Translations under genes and position numbers: made by a program
The notes under the pieces: model-generated
The model's input: the letters and a program-made list of their open reading frames with translations, nothing else
The model's database searches: none
Told to the model about the DNA's origin: nothing
Shown: one piece after another, positions 1 to 10,859 of the stretch
Numbering within the stretch: the stretch's first letter is position 1
Layout of the letters: each line of letters starts with the position of its first letter
Assembly: GCA_963813025.1 (NCBI GenBank)
Contig: CAWEXO010000004.1
Location: 64,001-128,000, forward strand
DNA from: an uncultured Verrucomicrobiae bacterium
GTDB taxonomy: Bacteria; Verrucomicrobiota; Verrucomicrobiia; Chthoniobacterales; JAFAMB01
Direction: 5' to 3'
Length of the DNA: 64,000 bases

Positions 1-1240
1 GTGCCGGCCGAGATAGTTGTGCCACCGGCGTAGGTGCTATCGCCGGTGAGGGTTGTCGTGCCGGATCCGATCTGAGCCAGGGTGCCGGTGCCCGAGATTA
101 CTCCGGGCAGGGTGATGGCGTTGTTGCGATCGACCACCAAAGCGGCGTTGTCGATAATGGGACCGACAATGCTGCCGGTCGCGCCGGCGTTGCCCAACTG
201 AAGCGTGCCGGCCGAGATGGTCGTGCCACCGCCGTAGGTGTTGTCATCTGTCAAAATTGTGGTGCCGGTCCCAGTCTTGGTTGCGGAACCAATCCCTGAA
301 ATCAAGCCGGGGAACGTCACCACATCGCTGCGATTAAAACTCAGGTTTCCATTGTCAATTACGTTGCCGACAATGCTGCCGGTCGTGCCGCCGGCGCCCA
401 ATTGAAGCGTGCCGGCCGAGATGGTCGTGCCACCGCCATAGGTGTTGGCGTTAGTAAAGATTGTGGTGCCGGTTCCAGTCTGGGTTACCGCGCCAGTACC
501 TGAAATCACGCCTGGGAAGGTCACCGAATCGCTGCGATTAAAGCTCAAGTTCTCGTTGTCTATGACATTGCCAACAATGCTGCCGGTTGCGCCCCCGTTG
601 CCCAATTGCAGCGTGCCGGCCGAGATGGTCGTGCCGCCGGCGTAGGTGTTAGCTCCCGTGAGGACTGTGGTGCCGGTCCCGACTTGGGTGAGGCTGCCGG
701 TGCCCGAGATTACTCCAGGCAGGGTGACCGCGTTGCTGTGGTTGACCACCAAAGCGGCGTTGTCGGTAATGTTGCCCACAATGCTGCCGGTCGTGCCCCC
801 GTTGCCCAATTGCAGCGTGCCGGCCGAGATGGTTGTGCTACCGGTGTAGGTGTTATCGCCCGTAAGGGTTGTGATGCCGGTCCCGATTTGAGCCAGGGTG
901 CCGGTGCCCGAGATTACTCCGGGCAGGGTGATGGCGTTGCTGCGATTGACCACTAAAGCGGCGTTGTCGACAATGTTACTCACAATGCTGCCGGTCGTGC
1001 CCCCGTTGCCCAGCTCAAGCGTGCCGGCCGAGATGGTTGTGCCACCGGTGTAGGTGTTATCGTTAGTAAAGATTGTCGTGCCGGTACCAGCCTGGGTTAC
1101 AGCGCCGGTACCTGAAATCAGGCCGGGGAAGGTCACCGGATTGCTGTGATTAAAACTCAAGGTTCCATTGTCGGTGACATTGCCTACAATGCTGCCGGTC
1201 GTGCCGCCGGCGCCCAACTGAAGCGTGCCAGCCAAGATGG
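1..1240 (-). repeat. Intragenic 204-bp (68-aa) tandem repeats, at least 6 full units
   Basis: Anchor gtgccggccgagat recurs at 1, 205, 409, 613, 817 and 1021, with a variant at 1225. Confidence 0.95.
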
Positions 1241-2762
1241 TCGTGCCACCGGCATAGGTGTTGGTCCCGGTAAGCGTAAGAATTCCAGTCCCGGCTTTCG
1301 TCAACCCTCCGGCGCCGCCGATCGCTTGGCTGATCGTAGTTTGAAAGCCGTTTGTGTCGATTGTTCCGCCGCCCGCAAACGAACCGTTCGGGCCGTTGAG
1401 CGTGATGGGACGCGTGCTCGTCAGGTTGAAACTGCTGAGCAACTGTAGCGTCCCGCCATTGAAGGTGAGACCGCCGGCTGCCGCGCCAAGGGCGGTGTTC
1501 GCACTAACCGCGACAGTGCCTTCGTTGAGAAACGTGCCCCCGGAATAGGTGTTCACGCCAGTGAGCGTCAGGGTAGTTCCGAGGCCGTCCTTTATGACAA
1601 GACCTGAACCCGTGATGATACCTGCGTAGGTTCCGTTGTCCGGCGTCTGCGCGAAGAGGACGGTGCCATTGTCAGTGATGGCCGGAGGCAGACTTTGCGC
1701 CCGCGCTTCCAGGATCCCCCCCGAATCGACTAGAAGGCTGCCATTGAAGCTGGTATTGTTTCCGGTCAAAGCCAACGTGCCGGCTTGAACTGTCACGGCC
1801 AGAGGCGAGGTGCTACTGTTCGCACCGATTGAGCCGGTTAGTGTCCATGTCCCGGCACCAGTTTTCGTGAGAGTCGAAAAATTGGTGACATTCCCGGAAA
1901 GCGAGTCAGAAGACCCGCCCACAGCGTTAAGGGTCAGTGTGTTAGTTCCGCCGCCACCGTCAAACGATCCAGTGATCATCGAGTTCGGATCAAGCGTTAC
2001 GTTGTCATCACCTCCTTGAAAATCGAGGTTGCCCTCGACACTGGCACCGGTCTCATTAGTAAAATTGATACCTACGTTCCCAAAGCTGCCGATGGCCTCG
2101 CCGATCAACCCTGGATTCCCCGTTCCACTGGGCGCAAGAATCTCGCCAAAATTGTCCACCACGTTCCGTGGACTGCCTGCGGTTGTGTTAACGTTTTCAA
2201 AGAAAATCGCCGAGCTGGGGCCGCCTTCTATCAGCCCATGATTCGTGATCGTGTTCCCCGCCTCGATCGGGTTTACGGCTTCCGAAGAATGCCCGACTCC
2301 AGATGCGATGACCGATGCGCCCGCTGCGATTTGGAGGGTGTTGCCGGCATTGAATTCGATCGTGTTATCGCCTTTACCATACTGCCCCAAGCCGCCATCT
2401 TGAATGGTGGTCGTGGTTTCGATGATCGAGCCTGCATTGATGTTAATCGTGTTATTGTCGTGAAGAGAAATAGAGTTGTCGTTGGTAACCCTTATGCTGG
2501 CGCCGTTAGAAACGTTCAGCGTGGTGTTGTCGGTTAGTGGCGGGTGCGGGCCGGTGCCGACGCGAGCGGTCTGATTCGTGGTGATGTTAATTTGGCTCGA
2601 CGCTGTTCCGCACGACAGCGCCAGTAGAACCAGCCCGAGCCAAGACGCGCGGTCAAACAAGGTGAGTGCCAGGCGGAGCTTACACGGGCGCTCGTTTAAA
2701 CGCTCGGATTTGACAGCTTTGCCAGGGACGCAATCAATCTCTATAGCAGGGGAATTCGCCAT
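1..2762 (-). CDS. Large autotransporter-associated beta-strand-repeat passenger protein (adhesin-like); 3' end runs off the window
   Basis: Absent from the ORF track because it has no stop in the window. Manual translation from ATG 2762 gives a signal-peptide-like stretch (ASWLGLVLLALSCGTASSQ), then a G/T/N-rich body with repeated 'LT(K/Q)xGxGTxxLTGxNTYxGGTTISAGTLQLG' motifs. Confidence 0.9.
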   Translation of the reverse strand, partial: MANSPAIEIDCVPGKAVKSERLNERPCKLRLALTLFDRASWLGLVLLALSCGTASSQINITTNQTARVGTGPHPPLTDNTTLNVSNGASIRVTNDNSISLHDNNTININAGSIIETTTTIQDGGLGQYGKGDNTIEFNAGNTLQIAAGASVIASGVGHSSEAVNPIEAGNTITNHGLIEGGPSSAIFFENVNTTAGSPRNVVDNFGEILAPSGTGNPGLIGEAIGSFGNVGINFTNETGASVEGNLDFQGGDDNVTLDPNSMITGSFDGGGGTNTLTLNAVGGSSDSLSGNVTNFSTLTKTGAGTWTLTGSIGANSSTSPLAVTVQAGTLALTGNNTSFNGSLLVDSGGILEARAQSLPPAITDNGTVLFAQTPDNGTYAGIITGSGLVIKDGLGTTLTLTGVNTYSGGTFLNEGTVAVSANTALGAAAGGLTFNGGTLQLLSSFNLTSTRPITLNGPNGSFAGGGTIDTNGFQTTISQAIGGAGGLTKAGTGILTLTGTNTYAGGTTILAGTLQLGAGGTTGSIVGNVTDNGTLSFNHSNPVTFPGLISGTGAVTQAGTGTTIFTNDNTYTGGTTISAGTLELGNGGTTGSIVSNIVDNAALVVNRSNAITLPGVISGTGTLAQIGTGITTLTGDNTYTGSTTISAGTLQLGNGGTTGSIVGNITDNAALVVNHSNAVTLPGVISGTGSLTQVGTGTTVLTGANTYAGGTTISAGTLQLGNGGATGSIVGNVIDNENLSFNRSDSVTFPGVISGTGAVTQTGTGTTIFTNANTYGGGTTISAGTLQLGAGGTTGSIVGNVIDNGNLSFNRSDVVTFPGLISGIGSATKTGTGTTILTDDNTYGGGTTISAGTLQLGNAGATGSIVGPIIDNAALVVDRNNAITLPGVISGTGTLAQIGSGTTTLTGDSTYAGGTTISAG

Positions 2763-3173
2763 ACAGAGCGGGAGTTCGAATAGTGTCTTGGTGACGGTCT
2801 GTGTGCAAGTCCGTTTTCTTATGGAGTCAGAAACCTAAATAAAAGCGCCGTTTTTTGGAGCCTGATTTGGGACGTTCGGCACCTTCGGCACCTTCTTGGA
2901 ATGACCCGACACGCAAATATCTGAACGCCCACATCGAAGAGGTCACCTTGGTGACGGCGGGGTCCCGCTCCCGGTTGTGTAACTGCCGACTATTTTGACT
3001 TTGATCGAAATTGAGTAGCAAGCCGTCACCACCATTTCTCATTGCTAGCGCGGCCATTTGCCAATCGCGGGCAGCGCCTTGGGCCACCCGGCCTCGACGG
3101 GGCGCCAGCTCGAGTGTGAAGGGGAAGAATGACCCAAAGCGGACTGACGAGGCGCGGCGGAGCGTCATTTTCT

Positions 3174-3980
3174 TCAAGAACGAAGCTTATCGAGGAAAGC
3201 AAGCATTACGCTGTTGAATTGCTCCGGCCTTTGCAGCGGCGCGAAATGACTCACGCCGGGCAGAAGGATGAATTCCGCCCCGGGAATATTCCGAGCGAGA
3301 TACTCGGCATGTTCCGGTTTGATAAACTCGTCATGCTCGCTTTGGACGATCGCGACAGGCACATGGATCCCAGCCAGATCGCGCGCCGAATAGCTGGGTT
3401 GCGTCCGCATCATCTGGCCGACTGCTTCGGCAAATGCCTCGAATTGGTCCGGCGTCGCCGACAGCTGAGCATAGTCCTTGCTGTGCCGGCTCAAACACCG
3501 GTCGAGGAGCGGACTCGGCTGGATTTCCTTGGTGCCGCTGGGATCCATGTTGCAGCCAAAGAAAAACACACCGGCAATGCGCTCCGGGGCTTGCCTGGCG
3601 AGGATCAAACCGATGCACGCTCCGTCGCTCCAGCCGACAACGGCCGCTTTTTCCAGGAGCAATTTGTCCATCACGGCAAGAACATCGGATGCCATCAACT
3701 CATACATAAAGGGCCGCGCATCGCGCGTACTATGGCCATGGCCGCGACTGTCAATCAGGACGGCGCCATAACCAGAGTCGATCAGCGTTGGAACTTGATA
3801 TCCCCAATTACCACTATGGCCGAGGCCGCCGTGCAGCAGGATCACGGGAGAGCCGGACCCGTATTTCGCGTACCAGATTCGCGCGCCATCGTGGTCCACG
3901 TATCCTTGATTGCTTGTTACCGGCAGCGGCGGGGCACCATGCGCTTCGAAATTCTTAAGATCGTCGTCGTGTGCTTCCAT
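3174..3980 (-). CDS. Alpha/beta-fold hydrolase
   Basis: LLHGGLG oxyanion motif, DSRGHG, GWSDG nucleophile elbow and a C-terminal His; start placed at MEAHDD. Confidence 0.9.
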   Translation of the reverse strand: MEAHDDDLKNFEAHGAPPLPVTSNQGYVDHDGARIWYAKYGSGSPVILLHGGLGHSGNWGYQVPTLIDSGYGAVLIDSRGHGHSTRDARPFMYELMASDVLAVMDKLLLEKAAVVGWSDGACIGLILARQAPERIAGVFFFGCNMDPSGTKEIQPSPLLDRCLSRHSKDYAQLSATPDQFEAFAEAVGQMMRTQPSYSARDLAGIHVPVAIVQSEHDEFIKPEHAEYLARNIPGAEFILLPGVSHFAPLQRPEQFNSVMLAFLDKLRS

Positions 3981-4324
3981 AATAATCTGGCTCAAAATAC
4001 ACCTGGACGCTTTATAAGGGGCCAGCGAATATTCGTGCCGTGGGGTGCGCGGCGCCCAGCTCAATCCATGCGCTCGCTGATGGTAGTATTGCTCATCTCT
4101 CCACACATACGACCGAGCTTCGCACCGCCTTGCTTAAGCTTCGAGTAATGCCATCGCTTGCACCTTCAAACCGAAGTTAAGCGTTTGCCAAAAAGCGCCT
4201 GCTCACTGCTTGGCAAAAATTAACCTTACCTCGGCTGTCAAAACACGGTCTCTTATCGAATTGGCTGCGTCAGAGGTTATAAAACACTGGTCTTCCACCG
4301 GAGTTCTGCAGGATCTCATGCCGC

Positions 4325-4575
4325 TTACTCTTGCACGGCCAACGGGTCGTTCGTTCTGTGATCTTTAATTTGAAAGCGGAGGAATCTGTGAATGGCTCTG
4401 AGAGCTTCAGGGTTCTTCGTCGTTATTCGCACCTGGGCGCCACGTGGTGTATCTTCAGCATGGTAAGTGATCTCGGTTTTCAACCGTTTCATCGTTTCGA
4501 TACCGGGCGGCGTGGTGGCATGGATGAACATCGGTAAAGAGAAATCACCCTGAGAAAACAGGCCAGCGATCATTG
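4325..4575 (-). pseudogene. 3' remnant of a conserved hypothetical protein
   Basis: Protein-like C-terminus (GDFSLPMFIH...AIHRFLRFQIKDHRTNDP) whose 5' part is replaced by an IS fragment. Confidence 0.5.
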
Positions 4576-4750
4576 CCGTTCCTTGGTTCGATGTGTTCGC
4601 AGCCGGACGGTGGCGAAGGTTGATTCGATCGGATTCGTGGTCCGCAGATGTGGCCAATGTTGGGCCGGAAAGTCGTAAAAGGTGAATAGCCATTCTTTGT
4701 CTTTTTCCGGGCAGCCCGTTGCGGTGGATACTTGGCTTGCGAAACGTCCT
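4575..4750 (-). mobile_element. IS256-family transposase fragment
   Basis: AKYP(frameshift)ATGCPEKDKEWLFTFYDFPAQHWPHLRTTNPIESTFATVRLRT matches the IS256 'FYDFPxEHWxHLRTTNPIES' segment. Confidence 0.85.
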
Positions 4751-4787
4751 CGGCTTCCGGCGGAGCGGAATTTAGGGGAGTGACAGT

Positions 4788-4934
4788 TTACGGGAGCCAA
4801 CGCTTCGTGAGTCTCGCAACGAGAATCTGCGGGTCCTGCGTGAGCAGGGGCAAGCCAAGGGATCTCGCGGTCGCGACGATGATCCGGTCAGCCGGATCGC
4901 GATGAAATTCGGGCGGCAGGCGAGCGTGTTCCAT
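4788..4934 (-). pseudogene. PIN-domain (VapC-like) toxin C-terminal fragment, 48 aa
   Basis: MEHARLPPEFHRDPADRIIVATARSLGLPLLTQD contains the HxDPxDRxIxAxA...LLTxD PIN motif. Confidence 0.8.
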
Positions 4935-5584
4935 CACGACCGTGCCGCTAATCGGCAGGATCCGCACGCGCTACAATCCGAAAGGTGCCGCTCCAGATAA
5001 GGGACAATCCGGGATGCGACTTCCGCCAGATCGATCTCACCATCCAACTCACGGCTCATCGAAGTCATTGCCACTCCGGACAACCCGCAGGGGGTGATCG
5101 AATCGAAACCGATCAGATTGCTCGAAACGTTGAGTGCGAATCCGTGCATCGTGATCCATTTTCGCACCCCTACGCCGATCGACGCGATTTTCCGGTCGCC
5201 AACCCAAACTCCCGTTTTGCCAGCTATCCGCGATGCGGCAATTCCGAAATCGTACAGTAGCTCGATCAGGACAGCTTCCAGCGAGCGCAGGTAGCAGTGC
5301 AGGTCGCGTCGCCGCCTCCGCAAATCCAGGATCGGGTATCCGACCAGTTGACCTGGCCCGTGAAAGGTAGCCTTCCCCCCTCGGTTGATCTCGAATAGTG
5401 GATAGGCGAGTTGGGCTATATTTCCGAGGCTGGTTCGATCAGAGGTTCGTCCGATCGTGTAAACCGGATCATGCTCCAACAAAAGAATCGTCTCTTCACC
5501 CAGCGCGACACAATGCTCCAGGCTCTCTTCCTGAAGCCGCAGGCCTTCGGCAAAAGGAATTCGGTCCAACCATCGGATGATCAT
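4934..5584 (-). CDS. lipB: Lipoyl(octanoyl) transferase
   Basis: LLEHDPVYTIGR, RGGKATFHGPGQLVGYPI, KIASIG, HGFALN and PCG motifs. Confidence 0.95.
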   Translation of the reverse strand: MIIRWLDRIPFAEGLRLQEESLEHCVALGEETILLLEHDPVYTIGRTSDRTSLGNIAQLAYPLFEINRGGKATFHGPGQLVGYPILDLRRRRRDLHCYLRSLEAVLIELLYDFGIAASRIAGKTGVWVGDRKIASIGVGVRKWITMHGFALNVSSNLIGFDSITPCGLSGVAMTSMSRELDGEIDLAEVASRIVPYLERHLSDCSACGSCRLAARS

Positions 5585-6084
5585 AACGCACGGAACAGCT
5601 GCACTGTTGGTACCGAGGAATCTTGCATCTGGAAATGAGTGAGTCCAATTGCCAGGGCGTCAGCAGCATCCGGAGAGGGAGTCTCGTCCAAACCGAGAAT
5701 GACTCGGACCATGAAACCGACCTGCGCTTTTTGCGCGCTGCCGCGCCCAACAATGGCCTGTTTGACCCGTTTTGGTGGATATTCAAAGATGGCAAGTCCG
5801 TGCTGGGCGGCGGCCAGTATAGCGGAGCCGCGGGCCGCCCCCAGGACAATCGCGGTCCGTGTATTCTGTGCGTAAATAATGCTTTCCACCGCGCAAACCT
5901 GCGGCTGATGCTGCCGGATCAGGTCAGTGATCTGCTGATGAATCTCGACGAGACATCCCGTCATCGAGAGCTTCGGATTGTTCCGGATCACCCCGTAACA
6001 CCGCGTGACAATCTTCGAACCATTCTTCTCCAGCAGAGCGTACCCCGAAGTCCTGAGCGCAGGATCAAGGGCGAGAAGAAGCAT
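5581..6084 (-). CDS. ruvC: Holliday junction resolvase
   Basis: LALDPALRTSGY, AVE, EYPPKRVKQAIVGRGSAQKAQV and DAADALAI motifs. Confidence 0.95.
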   Translation of the reverse strand: MLLLALDPALRTSGYALLEKNGSKIVTRCYGVIRNNPKLSMTGCLVEIHQQITDLIRQHQPQVCAVESIIYAQNTRTAIVLGAARGSAILAAAQHGLAIFEYPPKRVKQAIVGRGSAQKAQVGFMVRVILGLDETPSPDAADALAIGLTHFQMQDSSVPTVQLFRAL

Positions 6085-6110
6085 GGATGATTGTAGGGGA
6101 GGCGGGGAGA

Positions 6111-6364
6111 GAAGTTCAAGGAGTTCAAAGGAGTTCAAAGGAGTTCAAGGAGTTCAAGGAGTTCAGGAGTCAGAACTCAGCACTCGGCAATGGCGGTGCG
6201 GCAGAAAGTGTTTCGACGTATCTTGAGTGTTGTCGAGGAGCAGTCGCTGACCGCTAGGAATACTCGAGCCCAGCTCTCCGACGACGTTTTCGAACTCCTG
6301 CAACTCCTTGAACTCCTTGGACTCCTTGGACTCCTGTCTTCCGGACTCCTGCCCTCTTGAACTC
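6111..6364. repeat. Inverted arrays of 9-10-nt G(G/A)AGTTCAA tandem repeats
   Basis: (ggagttcaa)n at 6111-6172 faces (ttgaactcc/ttggactcc)n at 6292-6364. Confidence 0.85.
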
Positions 6365-6411
6365 AGAGTAAATCTCCCGATCTTATTATTTCGCACTGAA
6401 TCGGCCGGCCT

Positions 6412-7443
6412 ATGCAGACAATGAAAGCACTCCTGAAGAAAGAACGCGCTCCCGGACTTTGGCTGGAAGAGGTGCCGGTGCCGGACGTGGGCGAGTTCGA
6501 TGTGCTCATCCGCATTTTGCGCGCTTCGATCTGCGGGACCGACGTCCATATTTACGAATGGGATGCGTGGGCTCAGAAGACCATTCCGACCCCAATGGTC
6601 ATCGGGCATGAATTTGCCGGCGTGATTGAGGCCGTCGGAAATCACGTCCACGATTTCGCACCGGGCATGCTGGTAACCGGGGAGGGTCATCTGGTCTGCG
6701 GCCGGTGCCGCAATTGTCTGGCCGGGCGGCGGCATCTTTGCAATCGCACCAGCGGAGTCGGCGTGAATCGGCCAGGCGCGTTTGCCGAGTTTCTCGCCAT
6801 CCCGGAAACAAACGTTTGGCTGGCCGATCCGAAGATCCCGCTCGACGTTCTTTCCTGCTTCGATCCGCTGGGCAACGCGGTTCACACGGCCCTCTCTTTC
6901 GATGTTCTTGGTGAAGACGTGCTCATCACCGGCGCGGGTCCGATTGGCATTATGTCCACGGCGATCGCTCGCCATGCAGGGGCGCGGTACGTTGTCGTTA
7001 CCGATGTCAATCCGTATCGCTTGGCATTAGCCCGAAAAATGGGCGCGACGCTTGCTGTGGATGTACGCTCCCGGAGTTTAGTGGTTGTGCAGCGTGAACT
7101 GGGGATGAAAGAAGGTTTTGATGTCGGGCTGGAGATGTCCGGCAACGCTCAGGCGCTCAACGACATGCTCGACGCGATGTGCCACGGGGGAAAAATTGCT
7201 TTGCTCGGAATCCAAGCGAAGACAGCGCCGATTAATTGGGATTTGGTCGTCTTCAACGGGCTCACCATCAAAGGGATTTACGGACGCGAGATGTACGAGA
7301 CGTGGTACAAAATGACATCGATGATACAGTCGGGCTTGGATATCGCCCCGGTGATCACCGATCATTTCGTGTTTGCCGAGTATGAGAAAGCTTTCGCGCT
7401 CATGCGTAGCGGTGAATCAGGCAAGGTAGTCTTGCGCTGGTAG
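6412..7443 (+). CDS. tdh: L-threonine 3-dehydrogenase
   Basis: [23 protein letters not shown], Zn-binding Cys cluster, GAGPIG and [14 protein letters not shown]; adjacent to kbl. Confidence 0.97.
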   Translation: MQTMKALLKKERAPGLWLEEVPVPDVGEFDVLIRILRASICGTDVHIYEWDAWAQKTIPTPMVIGHEFAGVIEAVGNHVHDFAPGMLVTGEGHLVCGRCRNCLAGRRHLCNRTSGVGVNRPGAFAEFLAIPETNVWLADPKIPLDVLSCFDPLGNAVHTALSFDVLGEDVLITGAGPIGIMSTAIARHAGARYVVVTDVNPYRLALARKMGATLAVDVRSRSLVVVQRELGMKEGFDVGLEMSGNAQALNDMLDAMCHGGKIALLGIQAKTAPINWDLVVFNGLTIKGIYGREMYETWYKMTSMIQSGLDIAPVITDHFVFAEYEKAFALMRSGESGKVVLRW

Positions 7444-7444
7444 A

Positions 7445-7572
7445 TAAATGCCACAAGTCAAAAAATGCCACAAATGCTATAATAAAGGATTGTTCCTTCG
7501 AACCCGTGGGCCGCAGGAAGCACGACTTAATCATTTGTGGCATTTGTGGCATTTTTTGATTTGTGGCATTTA
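7445..7572. repeat. ~128-bp palindromic element with AAATGCCAC-based arms, copy 1
   Basis: taaatgccacaagtcaaaaaatgccacaaatg...catttgtggcattttttgatttgtggcattta; homologous to 22574-22693, including the loop. Confidence 0.85.
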
Positions 7573-7577
7573 CAACC

Positions 7578-8765
7578 GTGAATACCGCGTTTGCCGATCA
7601 CCTCGAACAGCAACTCAACGGAATCAGGCAACAGGGTCTCTTCAAATCGGAGCGGGTCATCGACACGCCGCAAAGCGCACACATCAAGACAACCGGCGGG
7701 CGAGCCGTACTCAATCTGTGTGCCAACAATTACCTGGGTTTAGCAGATCACCCCGAGGTTATCGCCGCAGCGCGCGAGGCGCTTGAACGCTGGGGATTCG
7801 GACTTGCTTCCGTGCGGTTCATCTGTGGCACGCAGAAAATACACAAGCAGTTGGAGGATGCGCTGGCGCAATTCCACCGCACTGACGACACGATCCTTTA
7901 CAGCAGCTGTTTCGACGCGAACGGCGGCCTTTTTGAGACGCTGCTTGGGCCGGAAGATGCGGTTATCAGCGACGAACTTAACCATGCTTCAATCATCGAC
8001 GGCATCCGCCTTTGTAAAGCCGCTCGCTACCGCTTCCGGCATAGCGATATGAATGATCTGGAAGCAAAGCTGAAAGCGGCTTCCCAAGCGCGCTTCCGCG
8101 TGATCGCTACGGATGGTGTTTTTTCGATGGATGGCACGATCGCCGATCTCCGCTCGATCTGCGATCTGGGCGATCGCCATGGAGCCCTTGTCATGGTGGA
8201 TGAATGCCATGCGGCCGGCTTTCTTGGCCCGACCGGACGGGGTACTCCAGAACTGTGCCGGGTGATGGATCGGATCGATATCATTACCGGCACTCTGGGA
8301 AAAGCATTAGGCGGCGGCACTGGCGGCTATACGACTGGACGCAAAAAGATCGTTGAGCTGCTTCGGCAGCGGTCCCGGCCGTATCTCTTCTCGAACGGCT
8401 TGACCCCGAGCATCGCGGCGGCTTCACTGAAGGCGCTTGAAATCGCCACCCGCTCGACCGAACTGCGCGACCGTCTGGAGAGTCAGACAAAGTTTTTTCG
8501 CGAAGGACTCGCTCATGCGGGACTCACGATAAAACCCGGCGTCCACCCGATTGTACCCGTGATGATCGGAAATGCCGCCCTCTCTCAGCAGGTAGCCGAT
8601 TACCTGCTTGAAGAAGGCCTCTACGTGATCGGCTTTTTCTTTCCCGTCGTCCCGCAAGGCTCGGCCCGGATCCGGACCCAGGTCTCGGCGGCACACACAC
8701 GAGAGGATTTGCAATTCGCCATCGATCGATTTAGCGAGGCGCGGACAAAATTCCTGACGAGATGA
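7578..8765 (+). CDS. kbl: 2-amino-3-ketobutyrate CoA ligase (glycine C-acetyltransferase)
   Basis: [37 protein letters not shown] (PLP lysine) and [14 protein letters not shown] start inferred. Confidence 0.97.
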   Translation: MNTAFADHLEQQLNGIRQQGLFKSERVIDTPQSAHIKTTGGRAVLNLCANNYLGLADHPEVIAAAREALERWGFGLASVRFICGTQKIHKQLEDALAQFHRTDDTILYSSCFDANGGLFETLLGPEDAVISDELNHASIIDGIRLCKAARYRFRHSDMNDLEAKLKAASQARFRVIATDGVFSMDGTIADLRSICDLGDRHGALVMVDECHAAGFLGPTGRGTPELCRVMDRIDIITGTLGKALGGGTGGYTTGRKKIVELLRQRSRPYLFSNGLTPSIAAASLKALEIATRSTELRDRLESQTKFFREGLAHAGLTIKPGVHPIVPVMIGNAALSQQVADYLLEEGLYVIGFFFPVVPQGSARIRTQVSAAHTREDLQFAIDRFSEARTKFLTR

Positions 8766-8771
8766 GGAAAG

Positions 8772-8878
8772 CGGCGGGAGCGGGTTCAGCAGCGGGAGCT
8801 AGCGGTGAACTGAAAAGATTTCAGCTACCGCCCGCCGCTGAACCCGCTCCCTCCGCTTTCCTCCCGCTCCCTCCGCTT
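8772..8878. terminator. Imperfect inverted repeat between convergent kbl and pfpI (terminator-like or repeat)
   Basis: gggagcgggttcagc...gctgaacccgctccc arms; a similar motif occurs near 17630. Confidence 0.5.
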
Positions 8879-8879
8879 C

Positions 8880-9461
8880 TTAAAGCTCAATCCTGGTGCC
8901 CAGAAGCTTCAAGAATTGGGCAACGAATGCCGGGTGCGCCGGCCAAGCAGGTCCCGTAACAAGATTTCCGTCAGTGTATGCATCCGTGACCGGAATCTCT
9001 ACGTATTCTCCGCCGGACAATCCCACCTCCGGTCCGCAGGCCGGATAAGCCGAACAGGTGCGGCCTTTGAGCACGCCCGCCGCCGCCAGGATTTGCGGCC
9101 CATGGCAGAGCGCGGCCACCGGTTTCTGGTGCTCAAAAAAATGACGAACGATGTTCAAAACGCCTTTATCCAAGCGCAGATATTCCGGCGCGCGGCCACC
9201 CGGAATCAATAGGGCATCGTAGTCCTCCGGACGCACCTCCGAAAAGGTCGCGTTCAAGGAAAAATTGTGTCCGGGTTTTTCAGTATAAGTCTGGTCGCCC
9301 TCGAAGTCGTGGATCGCAGTGCGCACCTTATCGCCAACCTTCTTTCCCGGACATACCGTGTCTACCCGGTGTCCGACCGCCAGTAAGGCCTGGAACGGCA
9401 CCATTACTTCGTAGTCCTCAACGAAGTCTCCCACTAAACAGAGGATTTTTTTTGCTGCCAT
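8880..9461 (-). CDS. DJ-1/PfpI family protein
   Basis: [27 protein letters not shown] and ALCHG (catalytic Cys). Confidence 0.95.
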   Translation of the reverse strand: MAAKKILCLVGDFVEDYEVMVPFQALLAVGHRVDTVCPGKKVGDKVRTAIHDFEGDQTYTEKPGHNFSLNATFSEVRPEDYDALLIPGGRAPEYLRLDKGVLNIVRHFFEHQKPVAALCHGPQILAAAGVLKGRTCSAYPACGPEVGLSGGEYVEIPVTDAYTDGNLVTGPAWPAHPAFVAQFLKLLGTRIEL

Positions 9462-9615
9462 AATAGAAGATGGCACGAACTCGAGGCGGTACAAGCTCAG
9501 CGGCTTCCTCCGCGGAATCCTGTTAGACAAATTTTGCTCTTTGTCCTGCTGCTCGTGAAAATATTGTTTTCTTGCGAAGAATTCGGAGGAGAATTTGAAA
9601 CGATTTTGGGCATCG

Positions 9616-10626
9616 ATGAAAGCTTACGTGATACGCGCCTACAACGATTCCGAGGGTCTTCAGCTGGTCGATCGCCCTGAGCCAAGGCCGCGAGAAAATC
9701 AAGTGCAGGTGCGCATCCGGGCCGCTTCCCTCAACTACCGTGATCTGGTTGTTTTAAGTGGAAGCTATGAACAAAACCCGGTGCCGGGACGGGTCCCGCT
9801 TTCCGATGGAGCCGGTGAGGTGGTGGCGGTTGGCTCCGGAGTCAGCCAGTTTAAGGTTGGCGACCGAGTTGCGGGTTGTTTTTTTCAGGGGTGGGCCGGT
9901 GGGAGGTTCGATGCCGGCATGCACCGGACCGCGCTGGGCGGAGCAATCGACGGCGTGCTCGCGGAACAGGTTGTCTTTTCCGAAAACGGACTAGTGCATT
10001 TTCCGGATCATCTTTCCTTCGAAGAAGCCTCGACGCTGCCGTGCGCCGCCCTGACTGCCTGGCAGAGCTTGATGACTCGGGGCAAGCTGAGGGAAGGGGA
10101 GATCGTGCTTTTGCTCGGCACAGGCGGCGTTTCCATCTTTGGCCTGCAGTTTGCGAAGAACGTGGGCGCGCGGGTAGTCATCACCTCCAGCGGCGATGAC
10201 AAGTTGGCTAAGGCACAGGCTTTGGGTGCGGTTGAAACGATAAATTATCGGAAAACGCCGGAATGGGGCAAAGCGGTTAACCAGCTCACTGATGGCGGAG
10301 TCGATCATGTCGTCGAAGTCGGCGGTGGGGGAACTTTCCCGCAATCCGTGCGCGCCTGCCGCCCGGAAGCGAAGATTGGCCTAATCGGAATCTTGTCGGG
10401 TCGAGAAGCCCAGGCGGATATTTTTCAGATAGTGCCAAAACTACTGACTGTTTTCGGCGTTTACGTCGGGAACCGGGAGATGTTTCTGGAAATGAACCGC
10501 GCGATCGGGCAGGCCCGCCTGCATCCAGTCATCGATCGAGTTTTTCCGTTTGGAGAAGCCCGCGCGGCCTACGATCATCTGCGCGCGGGCAAGCACTTTG
10601 GAAAGGTTGTGATCCGCGTAGAGTAG
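9616..10626 (+). CDS. NAD(P)-dependent medium-chain dehydrogenase/reductase (zinc-type ADH-like)
   Basis: [32 protein letters not shown] and HFGKVVI. Confidence 0.93.
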   Translation: MKAYVIRAYNDSEGLQLVDRPEPRPRENQVQVRIRAASLNYRDLVVLSGSYEQNPVPGRVPLSDGAGEVVAVGSGVSQFKVGDRVAGCFFQGWAGGRFDAGMHRTALGGAIDGVLAEQVVFSENGLVHFPDHLSFEEASTLPCAALTAWQSLMTRGKLREGEIVLLLGTGGVSIFGLQFAKNVGARVVITSSGDDKLAKAQALGAVETINYRKTPEWGKAVNQLTDGGVDHVVEVGGGGTFPQSVRACRPEAKIGLIGILSGREAQADIFQIVPKLLTVFGVYVGNREMFLEMNRAIGQARLHPVIDRVFPFGEARAAYDHLRAGKHFGKVVIRVE

Positions 10627-10696
10627 CCGGCGATGGGACTCGAACCCATGACCGCTCGATTACGAATCGAGTGCTCTACCACTGAGCTACGCCGGC
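10625..10696 (-). tRNA. tRNA-Thr(CGT)
   Basis: Reverse complement folds as a cloverleaf: GCCGGCG acceptor, TAGCTCAGTGGTAGAGC D-arm, CTCGA-TTCGTAA-TCGAG anticodon arm, GTTCGAG T-loop; CCA not encoded. Confidence 0.96.
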
Positions 10697-10859
10697 GAAG
10701 AGGGAAGCCGGGAACTATCCTCGGAATGCTTCGGCCGTCAAGGTTTGAGGCGCTCCATGTAGTCTGCATCGTCCGCAAATCTTTAAAGATTTTTGGATGA
10801 CGCAGACGCTTCAAAAAGAACCTTTTCAAACTCCTTCTGGAAGATAGCGTTGGCACAAA

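Noticed and set aside
1..1240. Diversity-generating retroelement TR/VR pair in the adhesin repeats
   Set aside because: Differences are not adenine-specific and no reverse transcriptase is present.
442..2838. Plus-strand ORFs over the adhesin gene, and other long antisense ORFs (e.g. 3129-4148, 25082-26080, 30349-31206)
   Set aside because: Shadow frames of GC-rich genes on the opposite strand, with no recognisable motifs.
2827..3177. 116-aa minus-strand ORF upstream of the adhesin
   Set aside because: No motif and atypical composition; more likely promoter or intergenic DNA.
6111..6364. LexA/SOS boxes upstream of ruvC and parC
   Set aside because: The repeats are long direct arrays rather than a discrete palindromic TGTTC-N4-GAACA-type site.
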